NCBI GenBank assembly: GCA_964035545.1
Contig: OZ037766.1
Coordinates: forward strand, 15,490,722-15,554,721
Length of the DNA stretch: 64,000 nt
Reading direction: 5' to 3'
Source of the DNA: Bugula neritina
Lineage: Eukaryota; Animalia; Bryozoa
Every line of letters begins with the position of its first letter. Position 1 is the stretch's first letter. A model generated the notes under the pieces. The model saw only the letters and a list, made by a program, of their open reading frames with translations. It did not search any database and was not told where the DNA came from. Both the position numbers and the translations under genes were made by a program. This document shows, piece by piece, positions 42,109 to 61,048 of this stretch.

Positions 42109-43091
42109 TTAGAGCTATAAACTAGAACAGAATATTTTATAACCTAGGGATATATCATACTGTATTCTAGGGCTAAATGTTGTATGCTAGACCTGCAAAC
42201 TATATACTATAACTATATGCTATATGCTAGGGCTAAAACATGCTATGTGGTAGAGCTAAATGTTATATGATACATGCTATATGCTATTTACAGCTGTCCA
42301 ATTATACAGTTTACATGTTGACAGCAACTAATTTTTTGATTTGTGCTTCCCAAATATTCACTAAACTTAAAGCAATATATAACTTGTTCATAAAACAAGG
42401 TTTCCAACCTTAATGACATTACATCTATATGGATGAGAAACTATATCTTCTAACTTTTACGGCATCCATAGTTTAAAGTACGTCATGTAACCAGTGGAAA
42501 ACTTTTTAAGTGATATTCATTAGACACTTACATTAGATCGAGGAATGGTAAGAAACTTAGGAAAAAAATTATATGAACATATAGACTACAATTTTTTAAT
42601 GTGCAGTTTTAAATCAATTTGATTTACTTTTTGACCAAAACTTATATGATTTGATTTTACTCCAACACTTAACAATTACTTTTGTTAAAGCAAAAACATC
42701 TCTTACATATCAAACTTATGCAAAACTAAATAAGGATTCGCTCATAAGTATTTTTACTCTCACGTAACTTTGCATTTTAGTGAACTAGATTTTGCAAGCT
42801 AGGTTTAATATGTAAGTGGTTTATAGGATGTTTCATAATTACCTTATATAGTAAAATAAGTTACACACATCTTATAACTGCAATTTTCAATGTACTAACT
42901 AATTTGTCACTGCAGTGTAATATTGGAATTACCAATGATCAAGTTGCATGCTTGTAGTATTTATTTATAATAACTCGTTGGTCCGTTGATATGCATATTG
43001 CATCATGAAATGTCATAAATTGATTTTCTTTTACTTGCAGACTAATCTATATCCATATATAGTCAGGAAATGCGGAGCTCTTGCCAAGCTA

Positions 43092-43154
43092 CCATATATG
43101 GCTGGTTGTAGTTGTGATTGTCAACCGCCGTAATGAAATCGACAACATATAAAA
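43092..43154 (+). promoter_or_regulatory. Putative actin C promoter: CArG (SRF) box and TATA box
   Basis: CCATATATGG 43092-43101, TATAAAA 43148-43154; downstream donor-like ATG|gtaggt at 43287-43295. Confidence 0.65.
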
Positions 43155-43965
43155 GTGTGGTTTTCACAGCTTTAAGCATTATAATAAGTGAGACACCAAA
43201 TTATTTGTACTTAAACACAGCTGAAAGCACATATACACAATTGTGTAAAGCATACAAGTCACAGTTGATTGTACTTGAAAGAATTTATGGTAGGTCACTT
43301 ATTACATGGTAATTTTTAAAATTCTATCCACTTAGTTTTGTTATCTCAAAATTTATTCTGTAATATTTTATAGTAATTGCTATTTTTTCATTATGCTTTC
43401 ATAAATTTTAGAACTTCTGGTGCATTAGATTACTATTATACACTATATTATAATTATTCATTGTTTGAAAAACATTTACTTTCAAAAGCATGTTAGATTT
43501 CTTTAACCAAAATAGAAGAACAAGGCTCAATGTTAATTAATTTCTCAAAATGCAATATAAAGTGTTTTTAAATAATTATCAAAGCAAAAAGTAAGCAGTT
43601 TACGCAAGAAAATTCTAATTATTTTACTTTTTAGATATAATAACTTTACTTACTTTATATATCCCTTTCAATTTCAGTGCGTTGGTTGAATTTAAAATAG
43701 TGTAGATTGGTTACAAATAAATAATGCAAATTTAACGTATTTTAATACCATAAAAACACTTTTTCCTCAATCACATGTAAGTTTTGTGTGCTAAATTTAT
43801 TTGAGTATTTGCAAAATCAATTTTAAAAACTTGTATAAGATATTAGGCAAAATTTTGACTTCAAGTATATAAGCAGTAACTTTTAAACAATCTATAAACA
43901 TGAGGTAAGCAAAACTTGTGGTTTTGATATTGCATGTGTTTGTATTAATTATGCATGCATTTTAG

Positions 43966-46386
<2,421 letters not shown>

Positions 46387-47050
46387 AAAGTTCTAACAAT
46401 ATACTTGAACAAATTCTCTTAGACACCCTTTAGATGGGCTGTTTTATTGCATGAGCCTAAATATTTCAGCAATATTTGCTTATAGTATATTCATAAAAAA
46501 TTTAGTAAAATATTTTACAAATATGTATAAAATTAAGGTTTTAAAGTCTTTATATAAATATCTTTATAGATCTAATATATTTGTATATATTTTCAGATTT
46601 TGTAAAACTAATAATTTTGATTTCAATAAAGCCAACATTATCACACAATGTTTACTGTATTGTTCTAATGACAGATTCTAATTATTTTCATTCTTTGGGC
46701 AGCTGAGTGGGAGCAGCTTTCCTACATTATTGCACTATTATGTACTTAGTTTAAACTTTAAACATTCAAGTCAACTCAGTGAGTGGGCTGTGTGTTGCAG
46801 CAGCTAAGAAAAGTGTGCAATTAAATTCAGCAATAATTAGTATTAGTTTTATAATACCACAAACTCCAAAGCAATTGAGAATGCCATCAGCATGAGAACA
46901 GAACTTATCATAAACCAAAGTTGTATGAGCATACAACTCTCAAACAGTTGGTGGATAATAGCTAGAATATATATGAATGCTTCAGTACTGCATAAATGAA
47001 TTGTGTCAGGGATTCTTTAAATGAGGGCTGTTTGTTGTGTTGAGTTATTA

Positions 47051-47278
47051 CCATATATAGATTCACACAGTGTGCAATTTACCTGCCCATAGGAATACAC
47101 ATTTTTTGGTGACATTTCATGATGCAATATGCGTTGATGTTGGCACAAGGAATAAACTTTTAGCCTACATTCAAATCATTGTTATTTAATAACAGTAATA
47201 GCTGTTGGTGATACTGAAAAAAATAACGATAGTTGGGAATTTCCAAGTAAATATGAAAGGATCTATTACCTTATTTGG
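47051..47278. promoter_or_regulatory. Candidate enhancer between the convergent actins (CArG boxes)
   Basis: CCTTATTTGG 47269-47278 (perfect CArG), CCATATATAG 47051-47060 (near-CArG), and a 23-bp element shared with the actin C upstream region. Confidence 0.4.
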
Positions 47279-48416
47279 GCATAAAAGGTCTCAAGGTCCG
47301 GATATTGTTATTTATAGGCAATTGCTTAGCAACTGTGATACGAGTATTTGAAACAAAGAAGCAATGTTAATGCTGAGTTTTGCTTTCTAATATTTAATTT
47401 GATTTCATTATAAACAAATATAAAGTGAATTAGTGAGCAAACAATTTCCATGATTTATATCATCATCTGTGTCAACAGATATAGTTTTTTAAGGGAATAA
47501 ACATTAATAAATAGTATGTATATTACATTTAATAATAGCTATATACTAGCAAGTAAGCTGTTATAACAATGGGGTTTATGTTGTCAGCGATAAAAGTATA
47601 TTTCCACTGCACAGCGTACTTCAAGTATAATATAACCCAGCTATCACAGTTACTCAATCTTGTTGCATTATCAAGTGAGTAACCAAAGAAGATTTTAAAT
47701 TGCTGATTGTTGCTGTTTTATATGTTGCTAATTCATATATCTCAGCACTTGGACTTTTGCGATGTGCATAAAAGTGAGCTAAAAAACTTTTTCATGTTAC
47801 TATTCTAGATATATATAACTTGCTGAACCGGTATCATGAACACCTGGGCATATGAATACTTAGGTTCCCCATCTGCTTCAGTTAGCAATTGTGCTACAAT
47901 AGTTACAGTATAACTTGTAGTTATTCCGTGAAATTAAATGAAATTTGTTATAATTAATTTTGCAGTTGCTTTGACATCAACCATGCACAGTTTAGGTATA
48001 GTTTTTCAAAATAATACAAGCTTTGGTATTTAAGTAACCATTAGTATTGCAACTCAATGTAACATGCGCAGATAACTTTTTAGATCAGTAGTATGTTCCT
48101 CTGTAAAATACCATGACTGGCGTTTACCAAAATAGTTTTATTGATAAAATACCACAAAAATATAACTATTAGATATGATACTATAATAAAATTCAAAGGC
48201 GTTTGAGATTTTGTTATACAGCATAAAATAAAGGATTTTCATTCAATATGAAAATAAAACTATATAAAATAGGATATTGAGCAACTATAGTGATGAGTAA
48301 AGAATCCTAAATTTTGATCGATCGATATATAACAATACAAATTCAGAGAGTAATTAATGTGAATAATGCACAGAGAGAGAGAGAGCACTTTGTCCAAAAT
48401 CTACTGCTAGAACCTT

Positions 48417-50954
<2,538 letters not shown>

Positions 50955-51970
50955 CTGTCAAAACACATTACAGTCAGCATCTTGTTATCACACCAACAGT
51001 CTGTGTGTATATTATGTTTATATTGTATAATTATTTAAACTCATTTGGTGGTCGTATTCCAAAGGAAGCCATCCATGAAATATATTTGAAGCCGAATTAG
51101 GTGTTGATATCACACTAGTAACATTGATCTTATAATATGTAAAGCAACCCAATTAAGCAGCATTATAAATTAAGTTTTCAATTCTGCATGCCATTTTTTC
51201 ACTATATTTGCACTAGCACACTTGAAAAAAAAGTTTCTTGTCTTATGAAAATTAAACAGGACAATGTTTAGCAGCTTTCATTCTAATTTAAATGAAAATA
51301 TAAATCAACAAAATGATTGAAAGATGCAACATGTGCTACACACTGCTCATTTGTAAGTAGTATAATATTATCTTATGGATAAATATATTACACAAAATAT
51401 TTTATGTTATATATGTCATACATATAAAAACAAAATCCCAGCAAATACTTCAAATACAAAAGAATGGGAAATAGAATAAGCTATCACCAATAATAGACTA
51501 TTATTGTAAGGATTTTAAGTTATCTATAAATAACTATAGTAACTTATTAAACTCTATAAAAAAAGTTCAAACCCTATTTTAAGCCATCTACATGTTAAAT
51601 GTTTTCACAAACAGTTGGGGTAATTGATAGAATTTTAAACAATGTAGCGTATAATTAGCTAACAGAATAAAAAAATATTTTAGAGTGAAAATTAAAATTT
51701 ATCCTTCATTTATTTATGACCATGTCTCACAAATCTATGTGAAAATTAGAAAGCAGTAGCTCTTTGAAGTGTTTGCTAAACAAAAACTCATAAAAATGTA
51801 ATCATTCAAAGGCATTCATTTACTTTCTCCAGCTACTGATATTAAGCCAATATACTATAGTACTATACACCTTTCACTTACTGTTGTGTGTTGTGTAGAA
51901 GAGAAGGTATCTGTGTTCAGTGCTGCGAATGCTCTACAACTGTTGTGGCTAGAAGCAAACTCTCTCCATC

Positions 51971-52044
51971 TTATATACTCCCTTCTACTATGTCTGTTCT
52001 AAAAATAGAACAGACTGTGACTACTAAAGCATGACCAAATATGG
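51971..52044 (-). promoter_or_regulatory. Putative actin D promoter: CArG box and TATA box
   Basis: CCAAATATGG 52035-52044; TATATAA on - at 51977-51971; non-coding first exon ending at a GTAAGT donor at 51881. Confidence 0.65.
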
Positions 52045-55000
52045 CATTACTCATGGTATGCTGCAACTTTAAAATCTTTTGCCTTCTGTATAAAATAAGG
52101 TGATAAGAATAAAGCATTGCCTTGCAATATTGATTGGTGACAATGTTTGGGCAATTCTTTCGCAATCAATGCTTATCAATAGCGTATTGTAAAATCCCAT
52201 GAGCACACATTCAGGTAACGGCTAACATATTATATATTAGTCATGGTGAGTTAGTTTGTCCAGACATGTGTCATGCTATGAATAAACAATATTATGGTGC
52301 AACAGTTTGCAGTTAGACTGATACATTGGTTGTGTTTGTTAGCAACTAGCAACAATCACGCAATTGCTTCATATGGGAATTGAATTGCCTACTTCCTATG
52401 CCAAAATACAATACAATTTATGAAACTGTTAACCAATTATGGTAAAAACTTCATAACTAGACTGCTGGAGTATTTTATAGCTTGACAACAGATTGTTAAA
52501 TCATCATAGATAATTGAAGTATTATTACATTGTAGACTATGAAGGCTCAGTTGTAGAATATGGAGTTCAATAAATATGCAACACAATTTATATTAAAACA
52601 CAATTATAGAATAATATTATGTCTGATATGCTTACTAAATAGAGTGATTAAATTATAAGAAAAATATTGCTAAAATATAATGAACATATTATAATATCAT
52701 AAACATGTTTTCGCGTGTATCAATTGGAACTAGATTGCCTAACAAAATCTTATAGTTAATACTATGCCCTAAATAGAACTAGCATCAATAATATGAAATA
52801 GCCTTCACTGACTAAGAAATATTAATAATATATTTTATTAGGTACAGCTAAGCCACTAGAATAGCACTCAAAGAGTAAAAACCTTTGTCCATCATTTCAA
52901 ACATTTTAACATTGATTTAGAGGCTAAAGAAAATAAATTTTCTAGTTTAGTTTCTAAGAGTAGACACCATTGATATGGCACTGGAATCATTCTATTTGTA
53001 AGGCAATGTTTGTTGAAACTTTTATGTGAGGGGGGGGGCAGGTAACGTCTCAGTAAATCCATGCATAAGATGAAAAAAGTTGCCCGAAAATCCTTAATCT
53101 AGTTAGGACATTACAAAATGAAGTAGACTAGATATAATATTAACATGTTGAACAATTGGAATTTTAATAAATTATCAAGTTATATTACTTAAAAGGAAAC
53201 AGACAAAGCAATGAACTATATTCAGTGGATGATAATTACTCAAAATATAAAATCGGCATCTAACGTAGAGAGAAGACAACACAAGTGAATAGTCCAGTCA
53301 GTAAATATTGGCAAAGGTAAATCATAGAAGCAAGTGAAATTGCTACAAAAAAATTTATTCTTTTTATTTATTTACAACTTCAAGGCAGGAGTAATCTTGT
53401 CAGCAACTGACGGTTAATGATAACAAAACAACATAGTAAAACATAACAAAAGCAGTTAAATGTAAAACACTTATTCCTGCTAACAACTAAGCTTTTCAAA
53501 ACAGAAATATGTGAGTTTAAATACAAACTATTGAAGTACAAATGTTGAAATGACATATATATTGGGTATGACTAAACTGTAAGGCATTACCAATACCTGT
53601 ATAAGTCACACAGGTCTTTTCAGTCTGGTGATTAGTGATTGAGTTAACAAGATTATCTGCATTGTCAGCAGATGTCTTTGTATAGTAGAAAACATCACAG
53701 TGGTGGACAACTCTTCGTCCTATAAGGTGAGACCTGACCTTTTCTCTTCATTCAGAACTCTGCAAGACAACACATATGTAGCATAAAAGTTTTCAAGCAT
53801 TGATGAGTGTATTAATTATTCAGGAAGACATTGGTGTACCATTAAAAATAGAAGCTTTAATTTCTGAGTCTTTGCAACAGACTAGATATCTTTTAACTCT
53901 GTAGCCAAACATGAATGTTTTTGTTTTCTCTTTTCCTAATCTAAATGTCATCTAAAACACATATCTTGCTTTGTATTATTAGCAGGCTTAACCGTGCAAA
54001 CCGTAAAGCCATATACGTAATGAAGATTCTGGTATGACCGAGTGAAAATATTTAAAATTGCATAAACAAGCTTATAAAATGATGTACCATTTGAAGATCT
54101 TTGCCTACTTATATTATATAAATTATTGCTATAGCAGTGTTTTTAAGTTGCATTATCTTTTTAACAACAAAAAAACTGCTTGGTGTAAGGATCGGCAAAT
54201 TTAAATAACCAAAACATGATGTTAAGAAATGTTAATGAAATACTTAAAGCAACTGACTTTCATTAAACCAGCTTATAACAGTTCCACTGAATCTATATTC
54301 AACACTAGAGAATAAGATAAGCAGGAGATCTAGACGTCTAGAGAAATAGTGCAGGCTTAAAGAAAAGAATTTCACTTCTCTTTGTTGAACCATTTCACTA
54401 AACTTGTATGCCATTCAAAGCCTATTATATCAGAATAATATTTTTTTTAATTTGTCTATATATACATGAGTAAACAACTTCTACTTATACCATTTTCTGT
54501 TTGTTGATCGGAAAATAACTGTGTGCAAACCCTGCTATAGGCTGCATTGTATATTTGTTCTAACTTTCTGTCTTTTTCATGTTTTTGCTGATAAATAAAA
54601 TACATACTTTTACACACAACACTAAAACAATTAATCTACAATATGCACACACACAACATGAATTAGCCTACACAAAACTCAACACTCTTACACGATACCA
54701 AACAAGTAACTTATCTTTTTATTTAAAAAATTGTTACATTTATCGGTAACTTTAACAAATACGTACATTCTTGAATACTACTCACTCTGCGACTTTAAAA
54801 ATATTTTGGTATCATTTATCATTAGAGTTAGCAAGTTATTAAACAAATTAACTACTAACTGAGTAACTGATAAATGCTACTAATATTAGTGGCAATACTT
54901 ATAAACCAAAACTAGTGGTATCAAGATAGAAAGTAACAATTCAAATTGATTGAACTAGATTGAATTAGTAATACAAGCTTACATAAGCCAATTTATCTTT

Positions 55001-57779
55001 GCATTAATATCAAGTCAATTGCAAAAATTACTTGAATAATTGATATTGCAGAAGCTAGCTAGTATAATTGATCCTATCTTTCTAATTATTTCAACTTTTT
55101 TCCAAATCAACTGCTGTCACCATTTAACCACAACACCAACTGTTGTCACATCTATATTAGATATTGTATTATTGCAATACCAATTGAAATAAATCCCAAC
55201 TACATTATTTTCACTATTAATTGGTATTGAGACCAACCTAATTTCTAATCAACAATGCATGTATGCAAACAAAATTACAATTAGAAACAATTGGCAATTG
55301 GTCCAACATTCTCTAGTCTTCATGTCAAGTACAAAGTAAACAATACAAAAGCTGTAGCAGCTATTTTAAAATCTTTTTGTCTCAAGTCTAGTACATCTGG
55401 CATTGCAATAAACTTTGACTGGCTTATTAGGATATATATCAAATGTAGCTTAATGCAGTTACTTTTTATAAGGAAAGAATTGGGTTCTCTGGTTAATAGA
55501 AAATTTTATCAGTTTGCTACAATACCCCATGCGAATTTTTCTTGCCAGCATTATCAGGAAGTCTTGCAAAAATTGACCATTGTCACTATACTTGTGAAAT
55601 TGTAAAATTTGGAAAGCCAGATGTGAAACCACACAATCACAGTAATGAGTAAATATGTGACCTGGCACCACAAAACAAGGGATGTAGATAAAATGTTGAA
55701 AACCTAGTTATTACTATGGAGTGATAGAGCAGACTTTCTCAAACATTTTGCACTTTATTTGAAGTCTCTAGCTTAAATAGAACTCGAGATATCAGTATTT
55801 AAAAACTTTAACGTTTTTAGAATTTCTAAATTACTGTTTCGAGAAAATCGCGTTTAAAGTTGGCAACTCTAGAATAAGTTGAGAATTATTTGTTTACAAT
55901 TTACAAGCCTTAGCAACGGGTCTTTGTATAGAAGAAATAGTGACAAATTTGGTATCAAAATAATTGTGAAAGTTTGGGCTTTCTGTTAAACTAAATTTGA
56001 TGCTGCCTCAACATAAAATTAGGTCAAATATGGCCGCCAAACTTTTTGTCTAATTTATTTGTCAATTCACTTTTTACTTTGTTTAATGGTTGAAAGGTTT
56101 AACAATTCCAGCAAAGAAGATGTTTCAGCAAATTTGTGTGTTGAGATATTTAAATTAGGCATCCAAGTCAGCAGGAAGTAATATAAAACAAAATGGCAGC
56201 TGCTTCCTCTTATACATTGAATATCTCCCTTTCCTCTAATATATAGTGTAATATATCAAACTGCAGCTATTGAGCTGTGCTGTTTCATAATTATTGCTTA
56301 ATGACTAGAACACTTATAAGAAAATTATTTGACTATTATGAGATCATTCGAGGTTCATTTATAAATATCTTTATAATCTCTAACAGCAACTAAATTTAGC
56401 AATTGATTTGGCTGAGATGTTCATGTTGAGAATATAAACATAAAATCAGCTATTTGAACTTTTGAGTTTTATTAGGCAATAATATTCACATCTAAAACAT
56501 CAAATACATTATTTTAAAAAACCAATTAAATGGAGTAAAAAATCCAGCCTGGATACAACCATTATACTTTAATTAACTCTTATCAAGAAAAGAAAATTAG
56601 GTAGCTTCTACAGTTGTTGCAAAGAAGGCACTTATCATCTTTTTACTTCCTAGGTCTTCATAACATGAGTTTACGGAGTATGGACACATAACATCATGTA
56701 TGTGGCAAAAGCTTCATCACTATCATCAGCTGATTTTCTAGCAATTATAGATGCTGCTACTTGACATCCATCCTGCCAATCTACCCACTTATTGTCTATT
56801 CCAGAGCTGAAAGTACAATGTTGACTTTTTTTAAATAACAAAAAGAAACGGTAGCTTGATTAGAAATTATACCCAGCTATATTATAAAAATTTATTTGGC
56901 TAAACACTCTTGTGGTACTATTATGGCAGCAATTAATTGTGATCCTGGATTTCATCAACGTTTAAATTTATTGAATTAAACAGAACAATTTAAATTAAAA
57001 AAATTCTTGATAATTTTCAAGCACATCATTAAAAAACTGCAAACCTTTTTATGAATGAAATAAGCAGAAGCCATAACCTTGCAAGCCAAAATCCGGAGTG
57101 TCTACATTAGAAGTATTAGATTGAAAGGTAGTAGAGTTGTGTAGGTATAGGTCTTCACTCTAATGCCCTCACAAGTCCACTTTCTAAAATGTACAGAATA
57201 TCGGATTATTCTATATTAACATAGTATTATCAGTAAAATTACACATTATGCACTTGAATATCTAGCATATCTGCAATTGGCAATTTTGAAGCAATGTTTT
57301 TAGATAACTATTAACCACTCAGGCATTTAATAGAGTAAAAAAGCTAGCTAAGTGCAACTGAATCTATTAAAAACATTTACTATAAAATCAATTTGAATTC
57401 AATAAATTACTTTAAAATATTAATAAATATTTGCTCATCTTATAATAAAATTAAAAAGTTTAGACTATTTATGCATTCAGTTAGTGTTATTACTCACTAA
57501 ATAAGACTAAAAGTAACTCACTGAAAAACCAAGTCAGTCAACTATAGAATCATCATGAACTCGCATTAATATTTCATCATTATACTCGTTTACATTTAGT
57601 TACATTTATCATTTCAATTTGGTTATAGGTGATGCTTTTATCAATATGAATATGATTATCAATTGAGTTTTGACAGTAACACTAACTGTAAGCCTGCATA
57701 ATGTGATAAAGATTTTATCATTATATTTTAAATCAAACTTTGAGCTAATTTAAAAATCACAAAAGGAACCGGTAGTTTG

Positions 57780-58320
57780 ACTAGTATTAGTAGGCCTAAT
57801 ATTAATACTAATAGTAATAGTAATCAGTAACTGTATTGACAAAATCTAAGACAGAGGCTAAAAGTTACTAAGACTACGAGTAAGTCTTATGTAAATTGAA
57901 ATATTAACTATAGAATAAATCAATAAATATAATACTATCAGTATGAGTATCAAGTTTTAAGAGCAAAGGCGAAACTCAGAGTCAGACTCAAATACTAATA
58001 CAGTAATACTAATACTAATAGTAATAGTGAATTTATAATTATCAATTACTTATAGTAATAGTAATACTAATAGTTATACTATTACTATTAGTATTAATAT
58101 TAAAAAATTAATGAGCTACATTTGGTTTTACTACCAAATACCAGTATCAGTAAAACATGAATAATATTCATTATGATTATCATCATGAGTAACCGTACCT
58201 CAAACTGTGAGTCATAGTGAGAGTCATTTAAATAGTTACTAGTAGTAATATAGAATAGAATAGACTAACTCTAAGACATACTCCTAGTCCTAGTGATAGT
58301 ATAAATATTATTATTAATAA
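57780..58320. repeat. Degenerate AT-rich hexamer repeats (AATACT/AATAGT)
   Basis: Visible low-complexity tandem motifs. Confidence 0.6.
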
Positions 58321-58958
58321 ATTGATAACTACAAATAATCCTGGCAACAATTCTAAGTTAGTAGCGTAAATGATTGTTTTGAGTATAATTACCTGTATTG
58401 TTGTGGTTTTCAAGCTTGAACGCTAAAGATAAAGATTAAGTTTAGCATTTATCACTAAAGGGCAAAACAGCTCAGTAACTTAAAAGCTAACTTTGGATGG
58501 AATGCGATGAAAAACTAAAACTAGCCTTCGATTTTTAATATGATGCTTCTGACAATACGAAGAAGGAGGTGTAAGCTTAATTTATTTGATAAAAAATAAA
58601 TTTGGAAGATCTCACGCTATGAAAATGTCTAAAATTGTCTTCTTTCTTTAATTGATAACTTCGCAATTTTTTCATCATTTAAAAAATTGAAAGCCTTAGT
58701 TACCAACTTTAAATGCAATTTTAGAGCTGAAGGAATCATCAAATGCTTACGAAAGTATGATTTTTGAAATCCTTGCATTTTTTTGTATTAGAAAAGTCTA
58801 AAACCTAAAAATTGGAAACTAATTTCAAATTTAAGTATTTCCAAATTAAACCTTCATTTACTACACTTTATAAACGCCGCCACATCCCCGGTTTTGTCGC
58901 GACTGGTCACATATAATGAATTAGATAGGTATTTGTTGTGTAGTTCTTGTAAAATAAT

Positions 58959-59031
58959 TGCCCCCACCAGGATTTGAACCTCAGACCTCCGGCTTGCAAG
59001 CAGGCGCGCTAAACCATAACACCACAGGGGC
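58959..59031 (-). repeat. tRNA-derived repeat (SINE head or tRNA pseudogene), copy 1
   Basis: Reverse complement: GCCCCTG-TGGTGTTATGGTTTAGCGC-GCCTGCTTGCAAGCCGG-AGGTC-TGAGGTTCAAATCCTGG-TGGGGGCA. Acceptor stem and A/B boxes are present; anticodon and T arms are imperfect. Confidence 0.65.
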
Positions 59032-59185
59032 TGCTGGGTTAACTCAATGCTACATCCCACCCAGTTCTCTGAACTCCACTGGCCTCTCTACTACTCCTTC
59101 AGTCATCAGGCTCCCCTGGCCTCTCAACTCCCTCGGAATACCGCTACTACATTTCACTAAAGGCTGAAATAGCTTGTAAAATAAT

Positions 59186-59239
59186 TGCCCCCACCGGGAT
59201 TCGAACCACAGGTGTGCTGAACCATTACATCACAGGGGC
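59186..59239 (-). repeat. tRNA-derived repeat copy 2 (anticodon arm deleted)
   Basis: Reverse complement: GCCCCTGTGATGTAATGGTTCAGCACACCTGTGGTTCGAATCCCGGTGGGGGCA; shares flanks with copy 1. Confidence 0.6.
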
Positions 59240-59679
59240 TGCTGGGTTAACTCAAAGCTACAGTTCTATTACTATTTCAATTAGTATTAGTTTTAGCAAG
59301 CAAAATATTCTTACTATTCATCCTTATAAATTATAAGTCATAATCTTGCATTTTTTAAAAATTGAAATTGACATTACCACTGAGCACCTAGGGCCAGTCT
59401 GACTGGGTCTAGTGAGCACTCCAAATCGATTTTTAAGAAAAGTTGAAGTTAATCCAACATAAAAAAAGCAAAAACTGCCAAAATTGCAAGTAGTAATGAT
59501 GATAGTAAAGTCAATTTCAAAGGCCATAGCAAACAGTTGATTAAAATAAGACTCAAAATGTATCAATGGGTATCAATATGAATATCAATATAAATATGAG
59601 CATGACCCTGACAGTGAAAGTAGCAGTGACAGAGTGAGTGCCATGTGAGTGGCTCTTCCTGGTCCAGCCTCTCGCTATG

Positions 59680-60066
59680 CCTATTACTATTAGTATTAGA
59701 CTAGTTAGAATTAGAATAGTCCAATACTTATACTAACTCTAAGTCACTTAGTATTACTAATAGTAATAGTATTACTATTAGTATTACTATTACTATTAGT
59801 ATTACAGTATTGGACTATTACTATAAGTATTACTATTAGTATTAGTATTAGATTTAGTATCCGTAATACGATTACTATGAGTATGAGTAATACTAATAGT
59901 AATAGTAATACTACTACTAATACTAATAGTATGAGTAATACTAATAGTAATATTAATAATAAAGCTAATACTAATACTAATAGTAATACTAATACTATAG
60001 TAATAGTAATACTTATACTTATAGTTATACTAATACTAATAGTAATAGTATGAGTATAAGTATTAC
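59680..60066. repeat. (AGTATT/ACTATT)n followed by (AATACT/AATAGT)n simple repeat
   Basis: Visible hexamer microsatellite with a strand switch near 59880. Confidence 0.8.
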
Positions 60067-60730
60067 TCCCTCACTACGAGTTGTTTTAGCTTAAGTACCA
60101 ATAAAAGTAACGATGTACATGAATGTCATTATATAAAATTTCTACAAATAATTATTTTACCACGACCTACTGACAATACGCATTGAATTAAAAGTTACCC
60201 CTCATTCACACTTACCGTACGCCGTAACAGCAAATTTTACCGATTTTTGTTAACATCCGGGATAAATCGTACTCCGGTATACGTTGCGGCGCTGATCAAG
60301 CAGTGCTTGATTCAAAAAATCACGGCGGGCTCCTATTGGGTAGAGTTGATGTGGTACTAAAATTTAAAGAACATTTTCGCTAGTTTATTTTAATCGCTTA
60401 GTTTTGATTTAATTTAACCAATTCAAAAGTTTTAAAAGATTAAAAAATCTTTATCCGGCTTGTTTGAATTAAACTCAGCTTAAAAATCTAGCTTTCCCTA
60501 ATCACAAAATCGAGCAAACCAAAAACTTAAAACTGATTTGGACGGCTTAAATATTCATTATTTAAATTAGTTTGCACAATTATTTTAAAAACGGATATCT
60601 TTAAAAGAAAGATTCTTTTCATGTTATTGCTTTTATAATTTAGTAAATAGCATTCATATAATGTAGTGAGTAGTGCAAGTACAAATACAGGAATCGCCCT
60701 CTCCCTATTCTTGGAATACTTAGACTCTTA

Positions 60731-61013
60731 TGTAGCAACCAATTAGCAGCTCCGGAAGATATGCTTCCGAGTCACGTGACACTTCCCGGGTTATTAGCAT
60801 TATATCACGTTGTTGTAAGCGGAGGCTTGAAGTAGTAACATGTGTTAGTAGTTGACTCTTGTATAGGATAATTTGATGTGATGTTTGGTTTATGCTTTAT
60901 TGTGGATAATAAATATAATTACTCGACAGCTACCCTAGTAATTGATAACAGAATAACCAGCTAACTATACGCAAGTAAATAACTCACGCTCAGTAATTGC
61001 ACAAATTACTACA
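60731..61013 (+). repeat. 5' LTR (283 bp)
   Basis: TGTAGCAA...TTACTACA inverted termini, AATAAA at 60908, PBS 1 nt downstream. The partner LTR is not in the window, so the left boundary is inferred. Confidence 0.75.
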
Positions 61014-61014
61014 G

Positions 61015-61032
61015 TGGTGGCAGCGGTGGGAT
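61015..61032 (+). other. Primer-binding site complementary to the tRNA-Leu 3' end
   Basis: TGGTGGCAGCGGTGGGAT, complementary to ...AUCCCACCGCUGCCACCA of animal tRNA-Leu. Confidence 0.85.
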
Positions 61033-61048
61033 CTTGCGTATAGCAGTC

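Noticed and set aside
43900-43965. ATG AG|gtaagc mini-exon as the actin C start
   Set aside because: Splices out of frame (MRCHQ*); at most a uORF or an unused donor
55730-56050. Possible DNA-transposon fragments (also about 33380-33660, 58440-58860 and 60190-60600)
   Set aside because: CpG-richer, repeat-like texture only; I could not establish TIRs, TSDs or coding remnants
58959-59031. Functional tRNA-Ala/Cys gene
   Set aside because: The anticodon loop is 6 nt with a stem mismatch, the T stem is imperfect and there is no clear oligo-T terminator
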